Positions 25,701 to 38,760 of a DNA stretch of 64,000 nucleotides are shown one piece after another. Every line of letters begins with the position of its first letter. Position 1 is the stretch's first letter. The notes under the pieces were generated by a model. That model was given only the letters and a program-made list of their open reading frames with translations, was not told the DNA's origin and ran no database searches. A program made the position numbers and the translations under genes. Source of the DNA: Camelus dromedarius (Eukaryota); assembly GCF_036321535.1 (NCBI RefSeq), contig NC_087437.1, forward strand, positions 70,124,001 through 70,188,000, given 5' to 3'.

Positions 25701-26110
25701 TTATCACTTATACGTGAAATTTTTTTTAAGTTTAATACATAAAAACAGAGAATAGAAATGGTGGTTGTCAGTGGCTTGGGGCAAGGGATAGGAATAATGG
25801 GGATATAATGATGAAAGGGTACAAACTTTCAATGGTAAGACTGATAAGTTCCAAAGACCTAATGTACAGTATGGTTCCTATAGTTAACAATACTGTATTG
25901 TATACTTGAAAGATACTATGAGAGAAGAGATTTAGTGTTCTCACCATAACAACAACAATAAAATGGTAATTATGTAAGGTGTGGATGTGTTAACTAGCCT
26001 AGTGTGGTAAATATTTCACAGTGTGTCTGTGTATCAAATCACCACATTGTACACCTTAAACTTACAAAATGTTATGTCAATTTAATCTCAATAAAGCTGA
26101 GGGAAAAGAA
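22800..26110 (+). mobile_element. L1MA9-like LINE-1: 5' UTR joined directly to RT region, then ORF2 C-terminus and 3' UTR
   Basis: 5' end caagatggcagagtaagag and a C-rich UTR to ~23750; then ORF2 motifs ([35 protein letters not shown]); 3' UTR ends ctcaataaagctg. ORF1 and the endonuclease are absent. Confidence 0.9.
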
Positions 26111-26476
26111 TATAAATGATTAGCTAACTCCCCAACAGTATAAATATACGTTTTGAAAGTTTTCACAAAATGCTTGCAATAGCCCTTAGATTAAAATGTT
26201 AGTAAAGCCTGGAATTGTAGTTTACAAGAAAAAAAAGACTACGTTTCCACTAACTAAAATTCAGCACAGTGCCAGGTAACAAGGGTACTGAGCTAGCAGT
26301 TATGCCATAGAGGACAAAATGGAACAAGAGCAAGTAGGATGTGCAGAAGTGGGTCCAAACTAGATGAAGACAGTACTTTCAGCCCCACTAGTGAATGGTG
26401 ATCATCTGTTCCTCCCTGAGGAAAAACTATACCTTTATATCACATTTCACATATCCCTTGGTTTTCTCTGTATGGA

Positions 26477-26863
26477 TGTGTTAGTTTTCATTTGATTCTC
26501 TTAACACATTATCACAAACTTGATGGCTTAAAACAACATAGATTTATTATCTAACAGTTCTGGAAGTCAGAAGTCAGGGGCTGAATTCCTTCTGGGAACT
26601 CTAGGGGAGACTCCATTTCCTTGTCTTTCCCAGCTTCTAAAGACTGTCTTCTGCTTCTGTCCTCACATCTTTCTGTCTGATTTTGACCCTTTCATAAGGA
26701 CACTTAAGATCACACTGGGTGCACTTAGACAATGCAGGACAATCTCCCAATTCAAGATCTTTAACTTAATCATATCTGCAAAGTGTCTTATACCATGTAA
26801 AATAACATATTCCAAGGATTAATACTTATATATCTTTGGGGGACCATCATTCAGCCTAACACA
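26477..26863 (-). mobile_element. MLT1C/D-like solo LTR
   Basis: cacaaacttgatggcttaaaacaacatagatttatt...cttaatcatatctgcaaag...catcattcagcctaacaca; TSD atgga/atggg. Confidence 0.9.
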
Positions 26864-27062
26864 ATGGGGTGAACTCTCAACAATTTTTTTGAGACTGAGG
26901 ATTAGTTCAGAATAATTAACAAAAACTTCTTGTTACCCTAATAGTCCAATGTGGCTCTACCTGACTCAGATTCACCTGTGGTGTTCAGGATTCAAATCTG
27001 AGTAACCAACATCCTATACAAAATTGTTTTAGTGGGATTTGTGTTTAAAACTCATGTGTGCT

Positions 27063-27500
27063 TTTTATAAAAACCGACAACATAATGCCATTTGCAGCAA
27101 CATGGATGCTCCTGGAGAATGTCATTCTAAGTGAAGTAAGCCAGAAAGAGAAAGAAAAATACCATATGAGATCGCTCATATGTGGAATCTAAAAAAAAAA
27201 AAAAAAAAAAAGCATAAATACAAAACAGAAATAGACTCATAAACATAGAATACAAACTTGTGGTTGCCAAGGGGGCGGAGGGTGGGAAGGGATAGGTGGG
27301 ATTTCAAAATTGTAGAATAGATAAACAAGATTATACTGTATAGCACAGGGAAATATACACAAGATCTTATGGTAGCGCATAGAGAAAAAAAGGTGACAAT
27401 GAATATATATATGTTCATGTATAACTGAAAAATTGTGCTCTACACTGGAATTTGGCACAACATTGTAAAATGATTATAAATCAATAAAGAATGTTAAAAA
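27063..27500 (+). mobile_element. Young camelid-type L1 3' end
   Basis: gccatttgcagcaacatggatg...ctaagtgaagtaagccagaaagag...poly(A); perfect 16-bp TSD aaaactcatgtgtgct (27047-27062 / 27501-27516) at a tt/aaaa site. Confidence 0.95.
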
Positions 27501-27959
27501 AAAACTCATGTGTGCTACGTAGTACACAATACATTCCTTCATTCAAGTCACTGGTATAAATTTTGAACTGCCAAGGATAAACCATTTTTTAGTCAAATGA
27601 AGACCTTCTTCCTTAGTATTAAAATGGTAGCTACAGACAAGTTATTAATTCATTTAATAATCCATAAAGTGCTTTACCATTTTATCCTAAATAACATGAA
27701 GGAAAAATAATCAAATCCCTCACTGAAATCCCTCACTGAAATAGGTACCAAGCCAATGATGCTTTCCTGAATTAGCAGGCAATCATCACCTCAAAATGAT
27801 GTGAAATCAACATGGCTTCACTCGTGCTTGGTGAGTGCATATTGGTGCCTAGTGGTCACCACATTCTTTTTCAAAGGTTCACAAGCCTTCTAATTAAAAA
27901 TCCAATCAAAATTGCTGATAAAAACTAAAATTCAATTGTTTAGTTCATACTTTCTGGCA

Positions 27960-28995
27960 TGAACATGTCTCTCTTTCAAAACTGGAATAGCATCTGCAAA
28001 TCTTGAGTTTTCTTGTACCTCTCTTTCATGCCACAGGACTGTAATTTCTTCTTACTCTGCATAGTTAGAGTAATCATTTTTGCCATCTCTTTTTCTCTGT
28101 CTAAAGCTTACCTCATTCACTTCTGTGTTTTAGGCTTCTTGGTGCTTTTCTTTTATTCCAGTCATTCTTTTATATTCATCTTTCATTACATGTCTCTCTT
28201 TAAATCTTTTTTAAAAGTCTTTTATGAACCTGGACTTAGAGTGGAATACTTACGCAACCACATTATTTTCCTTAGATGTCTTTCCTTTTGCCTTCCTCAT
28301 TGAACTTTTCAGAACTTTTATACAGCCTGAATTGCATTTATAGAACTTTCTGCCCTTCATCATCTATTTTCCCTTTCAGAGTCTCAAGGAAGCATTTTAA
28401 CAATTGGCTTTTAAAGTCTAGGGCACATGAATAACTAAACCCAGTGTTCCTTTTCTTTGGTACTAGGCATTTACTGTTACATTAATAATCAGGTTTTCCT
28501 TCTTGGTTAAAATCAAGTCCAGGATAAATTTGCCTACATTTAATCTCTTACTTTCTCAGTAATAAAATAATTGGGTAGTCAAAAACTTATCAGATGTCCT
28601 CCTTTTAGCCAAGTAAGGCTTCCAACAGATTTCAAGAGAGTTTAAGTCTCCTGAAATACCAATATATCTCTTTATAATCTGCCATAAGGAAGTATATTTG
28701 GTCTGCTGAGGAAGTCTGTGAAATATCACATAATATCATTTCCATATAGTTCTCTTTCTATATCATCTAGTTGTCTTCTGCCATGCTTACAAACTCAACT
28801 TCATAAATTTGTATGCAGCTAGTATGTTTTCTCTGGGAGGAGCTTCTCCCCACCATTTTTTTTTTTGATTGATTTCTACTTGCCATATTCCCGTCTAGAA
28901 TCTATTAACATCATGCTTAATGATGCCTAAAATTTTATTTACTTCCTTGACAACATTTTGGGTTCAATTTATTACCTGTTTTTTGTGGGCTAATT
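27960..28995 (-). mobile_element. CR1/L3 LINE ORF2 endonuclease-domain fossil
   Basis: The minus strand reads, with frameshifts and in CR1 order: GNK...FHRLPQQ...GISGDLNSLEICW...AKRRTSDKFLT...ILDLILTKKENLI. Confidence 0.8.
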
Positions 28996-29647
28996 GTGTG
29001 TCAATATAAGGCCCAAGTATCTTTCAAGATCAGTTTGCAAGGTGTTTTCCCACAATAATTCCTTCACAATAATCATTTTTAAAAAGAGGTACCATTGCAT
29101 ACAGCTGATGCTAAATAGAATCTATACGCCAAAGCTCACCTATGAGAAATAAACATATTCTGACACATTTGCACAGTGGAATATAATAGCTATACAAAAT
29201 AACAAGTATGTGAATGATATTGATAGATGGAAATAAGTACAGCCTTATATATATGGGAAATGTTACAAGAAAGATCACCACACTGATTCCAAGTACATGA
29301 AAATGAATACATATATATTAACAGCATTTAGAGCATTTGAAGAATGTTAATAGTTTGTGTTTAGTCTTCAAGAGCAGTTTGGGCTATGTTCAAGGGATCA
29401 TGATTTTAAAAATTGCAACTAAGTAACCAAGCCCATATCATATTTTCTGTATGCACAATGAAACAACTATCCAACTGAAGTCTACTCCATTGTCATCATT
29501 AGCTGAGCCAGATGTAATAGCTGAATCACTGAAATACTTGTGAAGTGTTCTGGGACTGAGGGAAAGGAAAAAAATTATCCATGTGCTGTTTTTAGTTGTA
29601 TATCTATCTCCAGAAAGAGCAAAAAAATTAATTGAAGGTTTATGAAC

Positions 29648-29848
29648 TTCTAGGTTTCTCAAATGCAACCAAACTCAAAACTGACCTGCATCAGACTCAT
29701 CTCATATTTTTGTAAAAAATGGACATCTCTAATTCTTATCTGGCCTAATCCAATTGCAAATCCTGGAGCCCAGAGCCTGAGATTCTGTCTTTGTTGACAA
29801 GCTCCTGAATTGATCGACAGGCATTTTAAAATTCAAGAACTGAAGCAT
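29648..29848. mobile_element. MER5-like hAT element
   Basis: ggtttctcaaa...gcatcagactcatc...gcctgagattctgtctttgttgacaagctcc...aaaattcaagaactg. Confidence 0.55.
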
Positions 29849-30669
29849 TATCAAGAAAGATTTCAAGGAATCCCCAAATCCCCAAATCCTGAGTGTATGA
29901 TCATTTTTTGTGGCTGTTATTAGATTTTTAATGGGTTCATGACTCCCAAAATCTAGATGGAGTCAGAAGAAATTTTGAGATGCCTCTTTTCCCAAGCATA
30001 CTTTTCCACAATAGATGTGGATAAGTTTTGGATGGCCAGGCCAGCACATTTAGTGAGATTAAAAAATGAACCCCCATCTTCAACTCTTCCTTGAAGTGCT
30101 ACAGTTTTCAAGGTGTATTTGACAAACAGTCCTTTACAATCTTTTCCTACTTTTTGGCTCAAATAAGATTTATGATGGAATGAGTCATCTGAAAGACCTA
30201 TTTGCCACACGGACTGATAAAGTTCCAAATTTGATTTGACATTAACAGGACTGATTTCCTGCAATGATAAGCCCTAGTGTTTAATAATGTAGGATGTGAC
30301 TTATGCCTACAGTCTTTACAGCAGATCTAAACATGTTTTTCATAAGTCATCCAAGAAAATCAGTTAAACCCGATGTAGAAATTAGGCACTAAGAAATTAT
30401 GTCACTAAGGACACCAAAAGAGTATCTCTTTTAAGAATGGCAATTCTTAGATGGCAGGTATCTTTAGCACAATGAGACCTATGACAATAAAAATGATCAA
30501 TTTTTTTGTTTCAAGTTACATTGAGATTGTGGACTTCAAACTTGATAATGAGGCTATAATGAGAATAACTTTGTGGAAAGAGGGTGAACACATTTTGCAT
30601 CTGGAAGCCAGAGACCAGAACATGGTAGATTAAAAAAACAGAGCCACAATATTTTACAGCTCTTATCAT

Positions 30670-30900
30670 CACGAAGTAGAATCTATTTTCCACTCTTTGG
30701 ATCTAGGTAATCTTATGACTTGTTCTGACCAACAGAATGTAGCCAATTGTTGGGTCTGTGACACAGCTTCCGTATTTGCCTCTTGGAACACTCCTCTTCC
30801 ATGTAAAGAAACAGACTAAGACCCTGAATGAGAGATCACATGGAGACAGAGACCCAGCCAACATCAAGATACAAGACCCAAGATCAGCCTAGATCCTCTA
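30670..30900 (+). mobile_element. MLT1F/G/H-like LTR fragment
   Basis: gtagaatctattttccactc...tgacttgttctgaccaacagaatgtagc...ctcttggaacact. Confidence 0.6.
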
Positions 30901-32149
30901 TGCATGATTAAGAGAGACTCTATGCTACGCTAAGAATTTAAGTCTACCCCCTGAAACTCAAAGTCGTTAATTTTAGGACAAATAAGTACCACATCACACA
31001 ATATTGAATCTGAAGAACTCATTATCCTACTGAAATGGTAAAAAAAAAAAAGTAAAAATACAAGAGTTACAAGAAACAAATAATTTCATGACACCAGATC
31101 CTTAATGGTTTGGTGAAGCAACTCAGAAAATTTGGGGATAGGGATGAAAAGCAAAACCCTTAATGCTTGGTTCTCAAAATCTGTCCCTGATCCTCTGCCA
31201 GAGGCAGAATTCTGGGTGGACTGGCCCTCACTCTGCCCTGGTTTAGCATTTCTTATATTCATCTGCTTGCTTCTGGGAGAAAGAATATACTACTCTGGAA
31301 AAAATTTGTCCTGACAGGGCTTTGGAGTCAATTTCCAAACACTGAAAATAATATCCCTTTCTTTCTCCCTTAAAGACAGAGCTTATCCCTTTGTCTCAAG
31401 GTCACTTGCTCCATGTGGCGTGGGCTAGGAGTGGACCAAAGCAGCTTCCCTGAAAGCCTAAAAGCTTCCTCTTGAGTTTAACTCCTAGATTTCATGTCTG
31501 CCCTAAACTGTGCCTGAGGTGAAAGGGGTTAAATTGTTCATTCTCACTCTGTATCATTGGTGGTTCAATAGTTTGTTGCCTCTTCATCTCCTGCCCCTCC
31601 CCTCTGGGGCTGATGGCTTGAGGTTTAAGCCTCTCTTGAAGAAACGGCCATGCTTCATTTAATCCTGCTGCAGCCAGACTGCTGTGGATGTCATGCTTCT
31701 GATGAGACATTAAATCAAGGTAAACATTAATCCCCCAGGCTGGAGCATCTATGAAGAGAAGAAAAATGTGGCTGCAGAAACACTGCAGTCAATTCAGGCT
31801 CTCTACTTTGCCCCTAGACCCCACACCCTCAGAGTTAATTATAAAATGTTCCCTCTGGAATATATTAGAAGCCATATTTAATTTGGTGGGGAAATATTTT
31901 CACAAATCTTGCCTGAATACAAGTGCTTCTGACAAATAGTAGACAAAAATAAATAAAATTATGCATCAAAACAGAGTGCTTACACTTTCAACAAAGAAGA
32001 CCGAGATAATCTAGATTTCTAGGTAAACTTGGTACAATGAAATGAGATGCAGACTACGTGGGCAATTATGCAATCAAGTTAAATCACCTAAAAAGACCAA
32101 GAAGATGCTAGCTCTGAACTGTCATTTGAGAATGTTTTCCTCTAAATGT

Positions 32150-32532
32150 TTCAGTTTTTTATATTTCATTCTAATTCACCTGGGATTTTGATATTAGATA
32201 AGAACATAATTTATTTTCAAACTAATTTTTACCAGCACCATTTACTGAAAAAAAATTGTGCATTGATATAAATCATATATGCTGGCCTGTATCTAGGCTC
32301 CCTATTCTGTTCTACTGGTTTGCACACCATACCAGCACCATACTGGTTTCATTATTGTGGTTTATTGTATATTTTAATATCTTATAGCCCAAGTCTCTTT
32401 ATTTTTATAAAATTTATTGCTATTCTCACTCATTATTCTTCTAGGTTAAAAATTCAATTTGTCAAAATCCAATAAATAAATCTCAAAGGGATTTTCACTG
32501 AAATTAAATTGATTTTGGAAAGAATTGACACG
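32150..32532 (-). mobile_element. Old L1 fragment
   Basis: ccagcaccatttactgaa...ctattctgttctactggt...ttttggaaagaattgaca. Confidence 0.7.
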
Positions 32533-32609
32533 TCTTCTACAAATACATCTCCACTAAATACGTCCTTTCTTAAAATGTTTCTCATTCAACATTTGGGAAC
32601 AACTCCATT

Positions 32610-34222
32610 TGTATTAGTCAAGACTCTGGTTGCCAAGGGCAAAAACTCAAATTAAGTCATCTTTAAAAGGGAGGAGCACTATATGCAAGAGCTGAACCCA
32701 AACTGATCATAGTTCTATATGTAAAATCTAAAGGTAGAAACCGTCTAGCAGAAAAAAAAATTGGAAAAAAATTTTCATGGCCTTGGGTTTAGTAAAAATT
32801 TTTTAGATAGGACACTAGATGAAATAAAACAATTGATACATTGAACTTCTTCAAAATTAAAAGCATCTGTTCTTTGAAAAACACTGCAAAGAAAATAAAA
32901 AGGCAAGCCACAGACTAGGAATAAATATTTGCAAAACATAAATTTGATGAAGGACTTGTATCCAGAATCTATAAAGTATTCTCATAATACAATAATAAGA
33001 ACATAAAAAATGGGCAAAAGATTCAATCAGATACTTCACTAAAGATGTGGCTGGCAAATAAGCATATGAAAAGATGCTCACCATCATTTTCACTGAAACC
33101 ACAATGAGAAACCACTGGACATATATTAGATTGTTCAAATTAAACAAGAAAAGAAAACATCAGATTCTGGTGAGAAAGCTGAGCAGTGGAAATTCTCATT
33201 CTGGTTGTAATGCAAAATGATACAGCCACTTTGAAATAGCTTGGAAGATTCTTGTAACATCAAAAATGTATTTACCATATAACTCAACAATCCTATGCTT
33301 AGGTATATTTACCCAAGAGAAATGAAAATGTGTCCATACAAACCCTTTATACAATTATTTATTGTGGTTTTCTTTATATTCACCAAAAGCTGCAAACAGT
33401 CCATGTGCCCATGAACCAGTGAATAAAGTGTGATATATCCATACAATGAAACACTACTTAGCAATAAAAAAGAACAAACTATTGAACTTTTGATACTCAA
33501 AAGGCTACATACTTTCTGATTCCATTTTACATTAGAGTCTGGAAAAGGTAAAACTACAGGGGTAGAAAAACAGATCAGTGGTTTCTAGGGGCAGGGTAGA
33601 AGAAGGAGACTAACTAACTGCACAGGGGCATGGTGGAACTTTTTGGGGTGATAGCAATATTCTATATCTTGATTGTGGTGGTGATTATACAATGTTTATA
33701 CATTGGTCAGAATTCATGGAACCATTCATCTAAACAGGGTGAATTTCACTGCATGTAAATTATACCCCAAATAAACCTGTCCTTAACGGGAGATAGGTAT
33801 TTATTGTCTTATAGACTTAGAATGTTGGGGTGATTTCAGGTTTCAGGCATATTTGGAGCTGGATACTTAAGTAATGTTCCCTGACATTCCTTCCTCCATG
33901 TTGGCTTACTCTTTCTAAGCGGTGGAGTCCACCATTTTCTTCCATCTTACAATGATCTTTACAGCTCATAAACTCTCTTCCTGTAACAATAGAAATTTCC
34001 CCCAAAAGACACTAATTGGCTGTACTTAGGTCTCATACCCACTTCTGGTCAATCAGTATCAGTATCTCATTGGGAAATGAGATACTCTGATTGGCCACCT
34101 TGAGTCATTTTACCACCCCTGTGTGGCAGGAAAGATGGCCACATCAGAAGTGCTTGGTGCGGTAGAGGAGCAGTTTCCAACAGAAAGGGGAGCCAGGCAG
34201 ACAAAATAACAGATGTTCTCAC
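32610..34222 (-). mobile_element. MLT1K-like LTR interrupted by L1
   Basis: Terminus tgtattagtcaagactctggttgccaag at 32610; resumes after ~33790 (ctctgattggcca...aacagatgttctcaca). Confidence 0.6.
32680..33780 (+). mobile_element. L1MC/MD-type LINE-1 3' portion
   Basis: aaaaatgggcaaaagattcaa...gtatatttacccaagagaaatgaaaa...tatcttgattgtggtggtgatta...gcatgtaaattataccccaaataaacc. Confidence 0.9.
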
Positions 34223-34799
34223 ACCCTCATTTGTGATGGCTGCATACCAGTGATCTGTCTGCTGCTCTTGTTGCTCAACAATACTCAGCCAGGCCTCCCT
34301 CCCTCAAGCTGTGTTCCAAGGAATCTGTACAGCATGTTTTCCAGATTTTCATCTTGTAGTTTTATGCTTTTACTTACAATACATCATCTGCTATTGAAAC
34401 TTCTCTTAACCTCTCCCTTTTTCCACATGAGCCCAACCCAGTGTCTTTGGGTTGGAATGGCTCTTACATGCTGAGAGGCTGACTTTAAGGGAGAATGCAT
34501 GTCCACTTTCCAGGTGGTGATCTGACCTGCCACTTTGATGACAGCAGTCCTAGGAAGTAACACTGCTGCCACACTTGCCTGGCTCTCATTGACTCACTCA
34601 GCAGTTGCTCTGATACAGAGCAAGAGAGGACAAGACCAACAGGAGAGCTGGACTGACTTGCATAATTACTCTCACCATACAAGGCCAACCCATGTACAGT
34701 GCTCTCATAGCTCTTTCAACTGCAGAAATTAATTATATTGTGGATAGATTTTTTTTTAGCCCCTCTCAGGAAGTAAATAGTTACATTTTGGAAGAAACA

Positions 34800-34930
34800 T
34801 TTGAGACTATTTGGTACAAAAGTCTGATTTTACAAATGAGAAAATGGAAACTCTGAGAGATTCTTGCCCAACAGCTCAGACTAGAACCTGAGCTTCCTTA
34901 TCTTCTGACCTGTGCCCTTGCCACTGTCTT
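34800..34930 (-). mobile_element. MIR fragment
   Basis: attttacaaatgagaaaatggaaactctgagaga...cttgccca...gactagaacctgag. Confidence 0.6.
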
Positions 34931-35084
34931 CTGATGCTTCTCTTTTTCTGAGATTTCCCTCTGGTTAATGGTTTGTCTGAACATTTCTCCCACAAATGGA
35001 TGTAAATGTTTTGAAATGCAAATCAGTCAAGGTTGCCACTCATTTAATAACAGATTGTGATATTAGTGCGTTACCCTGGGAGGA

Positions 35085-35298
35085 TGTCGAGTTTAGTGAG
35101 CGCTGAAGTCAGAAAGGCTTAAATTTGAATCCTGGTTATGAAAGTTATTAGTTGGCAACTTATTCAGACTTTTCTCAGTGGTAAAATGGGGTTAATAATT
35201 GCATCTCCTTTAGAGGATATCGTGCAGAATAGAGTTTTTTAAATACTTAGTATAACACTTGGTATAGAGTGCTTACTTCACAAAATTAGCTATCTTAT
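35085..35298 (+). mobile_element. MIR
   Basis: gaagtcagaaaggcttaaatttgaatcctgg...gtaaaatggggttaataat...aaattagctat. Confidence 0.65.
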
Positions 35299-36513
35299 CA
35301 GGTTTTCTCATTGGTCTATGCTTCCACCCTAGTCAAGAGACAGGGTTAGAAAGGAAAGAAGAACAAAGAATTTTTCAGATAGTGGACCTAATCAAATCAA
35401 ACAAGTCATTTCATTTAATGCTGTTTTAAGAAAATATTGGTCTCTTATCAAAATACTTCATATCTCTGTGATGGATGTTGAAGCACAGGGAGGAGAATGA
35501 TAGTTTTGGGGTGAGAAAAGCAACTTTTGGGATTTTCTAGGTAATACTGAAATTTACTTTAGTATCTTGGTCTCTTAAAGCCCTGGGATTATATACAGAA
35601 AGAAGGTCAGGATTTGAGCAGCTAAAAGACAAGAAAGGACAGGAAAGACTAACCAAAATGACACAGGAGAATAGAGTACATGGAGTTATTCTTGGGTAAG
35701 CCAAGAAAAAGGAAATGGGAAGGCATCTTGGATTTAGGAAGGCAAAGGGTCAAGTGTAAGTGTAAGAGATCAGCTGAACAGACAGTTTATTATAGGTCAG
35801 TGAAAGGGAGGGTACTTGCAAGAACAAATAGTAAGAATCAGAAAATTAATTGAAGATCTGAGTTTCACTGTAAGAAGCTGGAACAAGACAGTGGATCATA
35901 GTATGGGGATTACTAACAATGACTCTGGGTTCTAAGAAATGAACTCACCATCGCCACTAAGGCAAGAATCTCACACATGTTGTGCCCAGGACCAGGACCA
36001 AGGCCAGCATACTGTAAAGTCTACAGACAGGATAGAAAAGGAAAGATTTTAGGTCAGAATGTGTAGTGAGGAAACAGTGTCCTGTTTGTAAAAGAACTTC
36101 TTCATAGTCTTCACATGACAACAGACTTTCACAATCCATATAATTTGGAATAGAAATAAAGAAGAGGAAAGCATGATTGCAGAATTTATAGAGATATTTT
36201 GGTACATGTGCCCAGAGGCATCTAAAAAATATGGCCATGTTTTTCAAAATTAAGAAATAGACTGAATACATTAATGATAAAGATAGCATCATACTAAAAC
36301 CCAACTGATATATTTGTAAATTATTTTCAAGAATACTTTAGGACTCTTAAGGTGCAGGTTACTCAGTGAAGTAGACTGTATTCTTTCAAGTAACTTATAA
36401 TTCCATGAAATTAAGAGATGGAAATTCTACAGTCGTGGACAGTTTTGGAGTTGAGGATAGTTTGTAAAGAATACATTAGGACCCTCAAAGGGATATCTTC
36501 CTTCCTTGATATA

Positions 36514-36516
<3 letters not shown>

Positions 36517-36552
<36 letters not shown>

Positions 36553-36582
36553 ATGCGTGTGTGTGTGTGTGCATGTGTGTGT
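36517..36582. repeat. (TG)n microsatellite with TGCA interruptions
   Basis: Directly visible alternating purine-pyrimidine tract of ~65 bp. Confidence 0.97.
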
Positions 36583-38109
36583 TTAGTGGGGAGCAGGTAG
36601 AGGCATGGGTGCAATGTGTAGGCATGGGAACTACTAAAGTAAAGTTGAGGAACTGAGTGTAAGGCCAATCAGTAATTAGAGAAATCATTTAATGGTTTCC
36701 AAACTGTGACTTAACACAGATCTAAAAACTCTGGATTCGGGTCTCAGTGAATACTCCAAGAGAAAAAATAAGGAAGAAGCAGGAAGCTTAATCAGAAGCC
36801 CCTATACTCATTTCAACCAAAGTGATTCTTCTTTTCATATGAGTTATGAATAGAGTTAGAACATTTTGTTTGAAACAAAGGACTCCAATATTTACCTCAG
36901 GAAAACTGTAAAGGATTTTAAAATGGACAAAAATAGAATACTGAGTTTCCTGTCAAGTACGTGCTTTCAGGTTATTTTATTTGGAGAAGCCTGCACTTTC
37001 TATTGTGTTTAAGGTATTTTACAACTCTATAATTTATAAAATATTTACAGTAATGCAAATGATTCTTGTCTATAGAAAGGCAAACGATTTTTTGGTTGAA
37101 ATATTGCCTTCTGGATATTGACTAGTTTAGCATATTTTAGTAAACTTATTTTTTATTACTTATATATTTTTGTGTGTTTGTACAATCTTGGGAACTAGTT
37201 GTTGCATCTTACTGGCTCCCTCATTAATTAATTGAGTTAAATAAAAGACTTTGACATTTGTTCATTTTATGTTAGTATGAGACTCGTAATTTTACATTTG
37301 AAGAAATTATCCTTTAAAACTTGTAAAACAATTATTAGTAGCTATTGATGTAAACACCACAGTTCACAGATAAAGAAATTGTAGCCTACTGAATCTGAGT
37401 GGCATGTCAAAGTGACAGTAAATTGTTAGTATCTGCACCATAATTAAAATTCAGATTTCACAACTTCCTGTTCAGTGTTGATGCTGTTCATCTGAGAATT
37501 TTTAATTTGATGAGAAGATTTAAACTTATTAACCCACAAAGATTTACTGAATATCAAAGTATAAAGGTAAAGTCAATCACTTAAATTTTGCCACATATAA
37601 CAAAATTAGCTTTGTCTTATCCGAGAATATGTACAAAATATCTGATTTACACTTAAATAGGACATGTCTAGACTGAAAAAAAAAATTTCTCTTTACCTCC
37701 CCAAGGAAGGCCTCTCATACCCAAGAATTTTTAGGGTCTGAAGGAGTGACTCTCATCCTTTTTTCTGCCTAGAGACACATGATGGACAGGAGTCACATGT
37801 GTGACACACTCCCATGGGCACAGATACGGTGGTCTATCCATCACATACAAATTCCCACATGCTCACTATAACTTCCTTCTCTTCCTGCTTCAAGAGAACA
37901 TATCAGAATACAAATAAATGGGGGACTATTAAGGGTTTATTCTGAAATACATGTTTTAAAAAGGTAAATCATTGGTAGAATTGGGTATTTACCAACTATA
38001 AGGAATAAATTATTTGAACACATTTCACAACCCTGGGATTCACTCAACCCAGGATATTTTACCTCTCTGGTTGATAATCACTGGTTCATAGAGATGTTAA
38101 ACCTTCTTT

Positions 38110-38320
38110 TGAATAAAAGGAGCAGAAGCAGGTATCCACAATGAAAAGAAGGTAGAAATAGAAGAACATAATAAGAAGGAACAAAGACTTTAAAAGAGAT
38201 AATTAGGATAGAAAGAAAAGAGATTTCTAAGGGAGGGGCCTAAATAAGAAAGGATTAAAGGAGAAAAGTAAAGATAAAGATCAAATAAAGAAGTCAAACC
38301 AGTAAAGAAAGAATTCCAAA
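38110..38320. repeat. A/G-rich low-complexity tract
   Basis: Strong purine skew over ~200 bp. Confidence 0.7.
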
Positions 38321-38375
38321 GTAAGTTTTTAAATGTGTTTTGTCTTGTGTTTCTGATGTAGAAAGCCTATACTTC

Positions 38376-38760
38376 TGTTACAGGCTGAATTTTGTGCCCT
38401 CCAAATTCATATGGAAGCCTAATCCCCAGTGCCTGTCTATAAAACAGACTTCTATACACTGTTGTCTATAAAAAGGGGAAATTCAGAAATAGACATGCAC
38501 ACAAGGAGAACACCATGTGAAGATAAAGGCAGAAATTGGGGTGATGCTTCTACCAAATCAAACCCAAGACTGCCAGCAAACCACCACAAGTTTGGAGAGA
38601 GGCATGAAGCATATTTTTCCTCACAGCCCTTAGAAGGAACCAACCAGGCTGACACAATGATTCTGGACTCTCAAATTCCAGAATTGTGAGACAATTAGTT
38701 TCTGCTGTTTAAACTACCCAGTTTGTGGTACTTTGCTATCAGCCCTAGAAACCTAATATA
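38376..38760 (+). mobile_element. MLT1C-like solo LTR, internally deleted
   Basis: tgttacaggctgaattttgtgccctccaaattcatatg...ccagcaaaccacc...cccagtttgtggtactttg...ctaatata. Confidence 0.9.

Noticed and set aside
10165..28995. L3 3' piece and CR1 endonuclease piece as one element
   Set aside because: Same strand and order, but ~17 kb apart with much unique DNA between; no evidence linking them.
28901..29025. ERYLGL...VVKEVNKILGIIK read as a CR1 C-terminal fragment placed before the endonuclease (scrambled element)
   Set aside because: The same bases fit the endonuclease N-terminus (GNK...GIT...DWN) colinearly with the downstream motifs, which is more parsimonious.
29953..30264. 103-aa minus-strand ORF preceded by ttgcag as a terminal coding exon
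   Set aside because: No recognisable homology, poor pyrimidine tract, and ORFs of similar length occur by chance elsewhere in the window.
36411..36688. ORFs with HTHT/CVCV repeats
   Set aside because: Translations of the (TG)n microsatellite.
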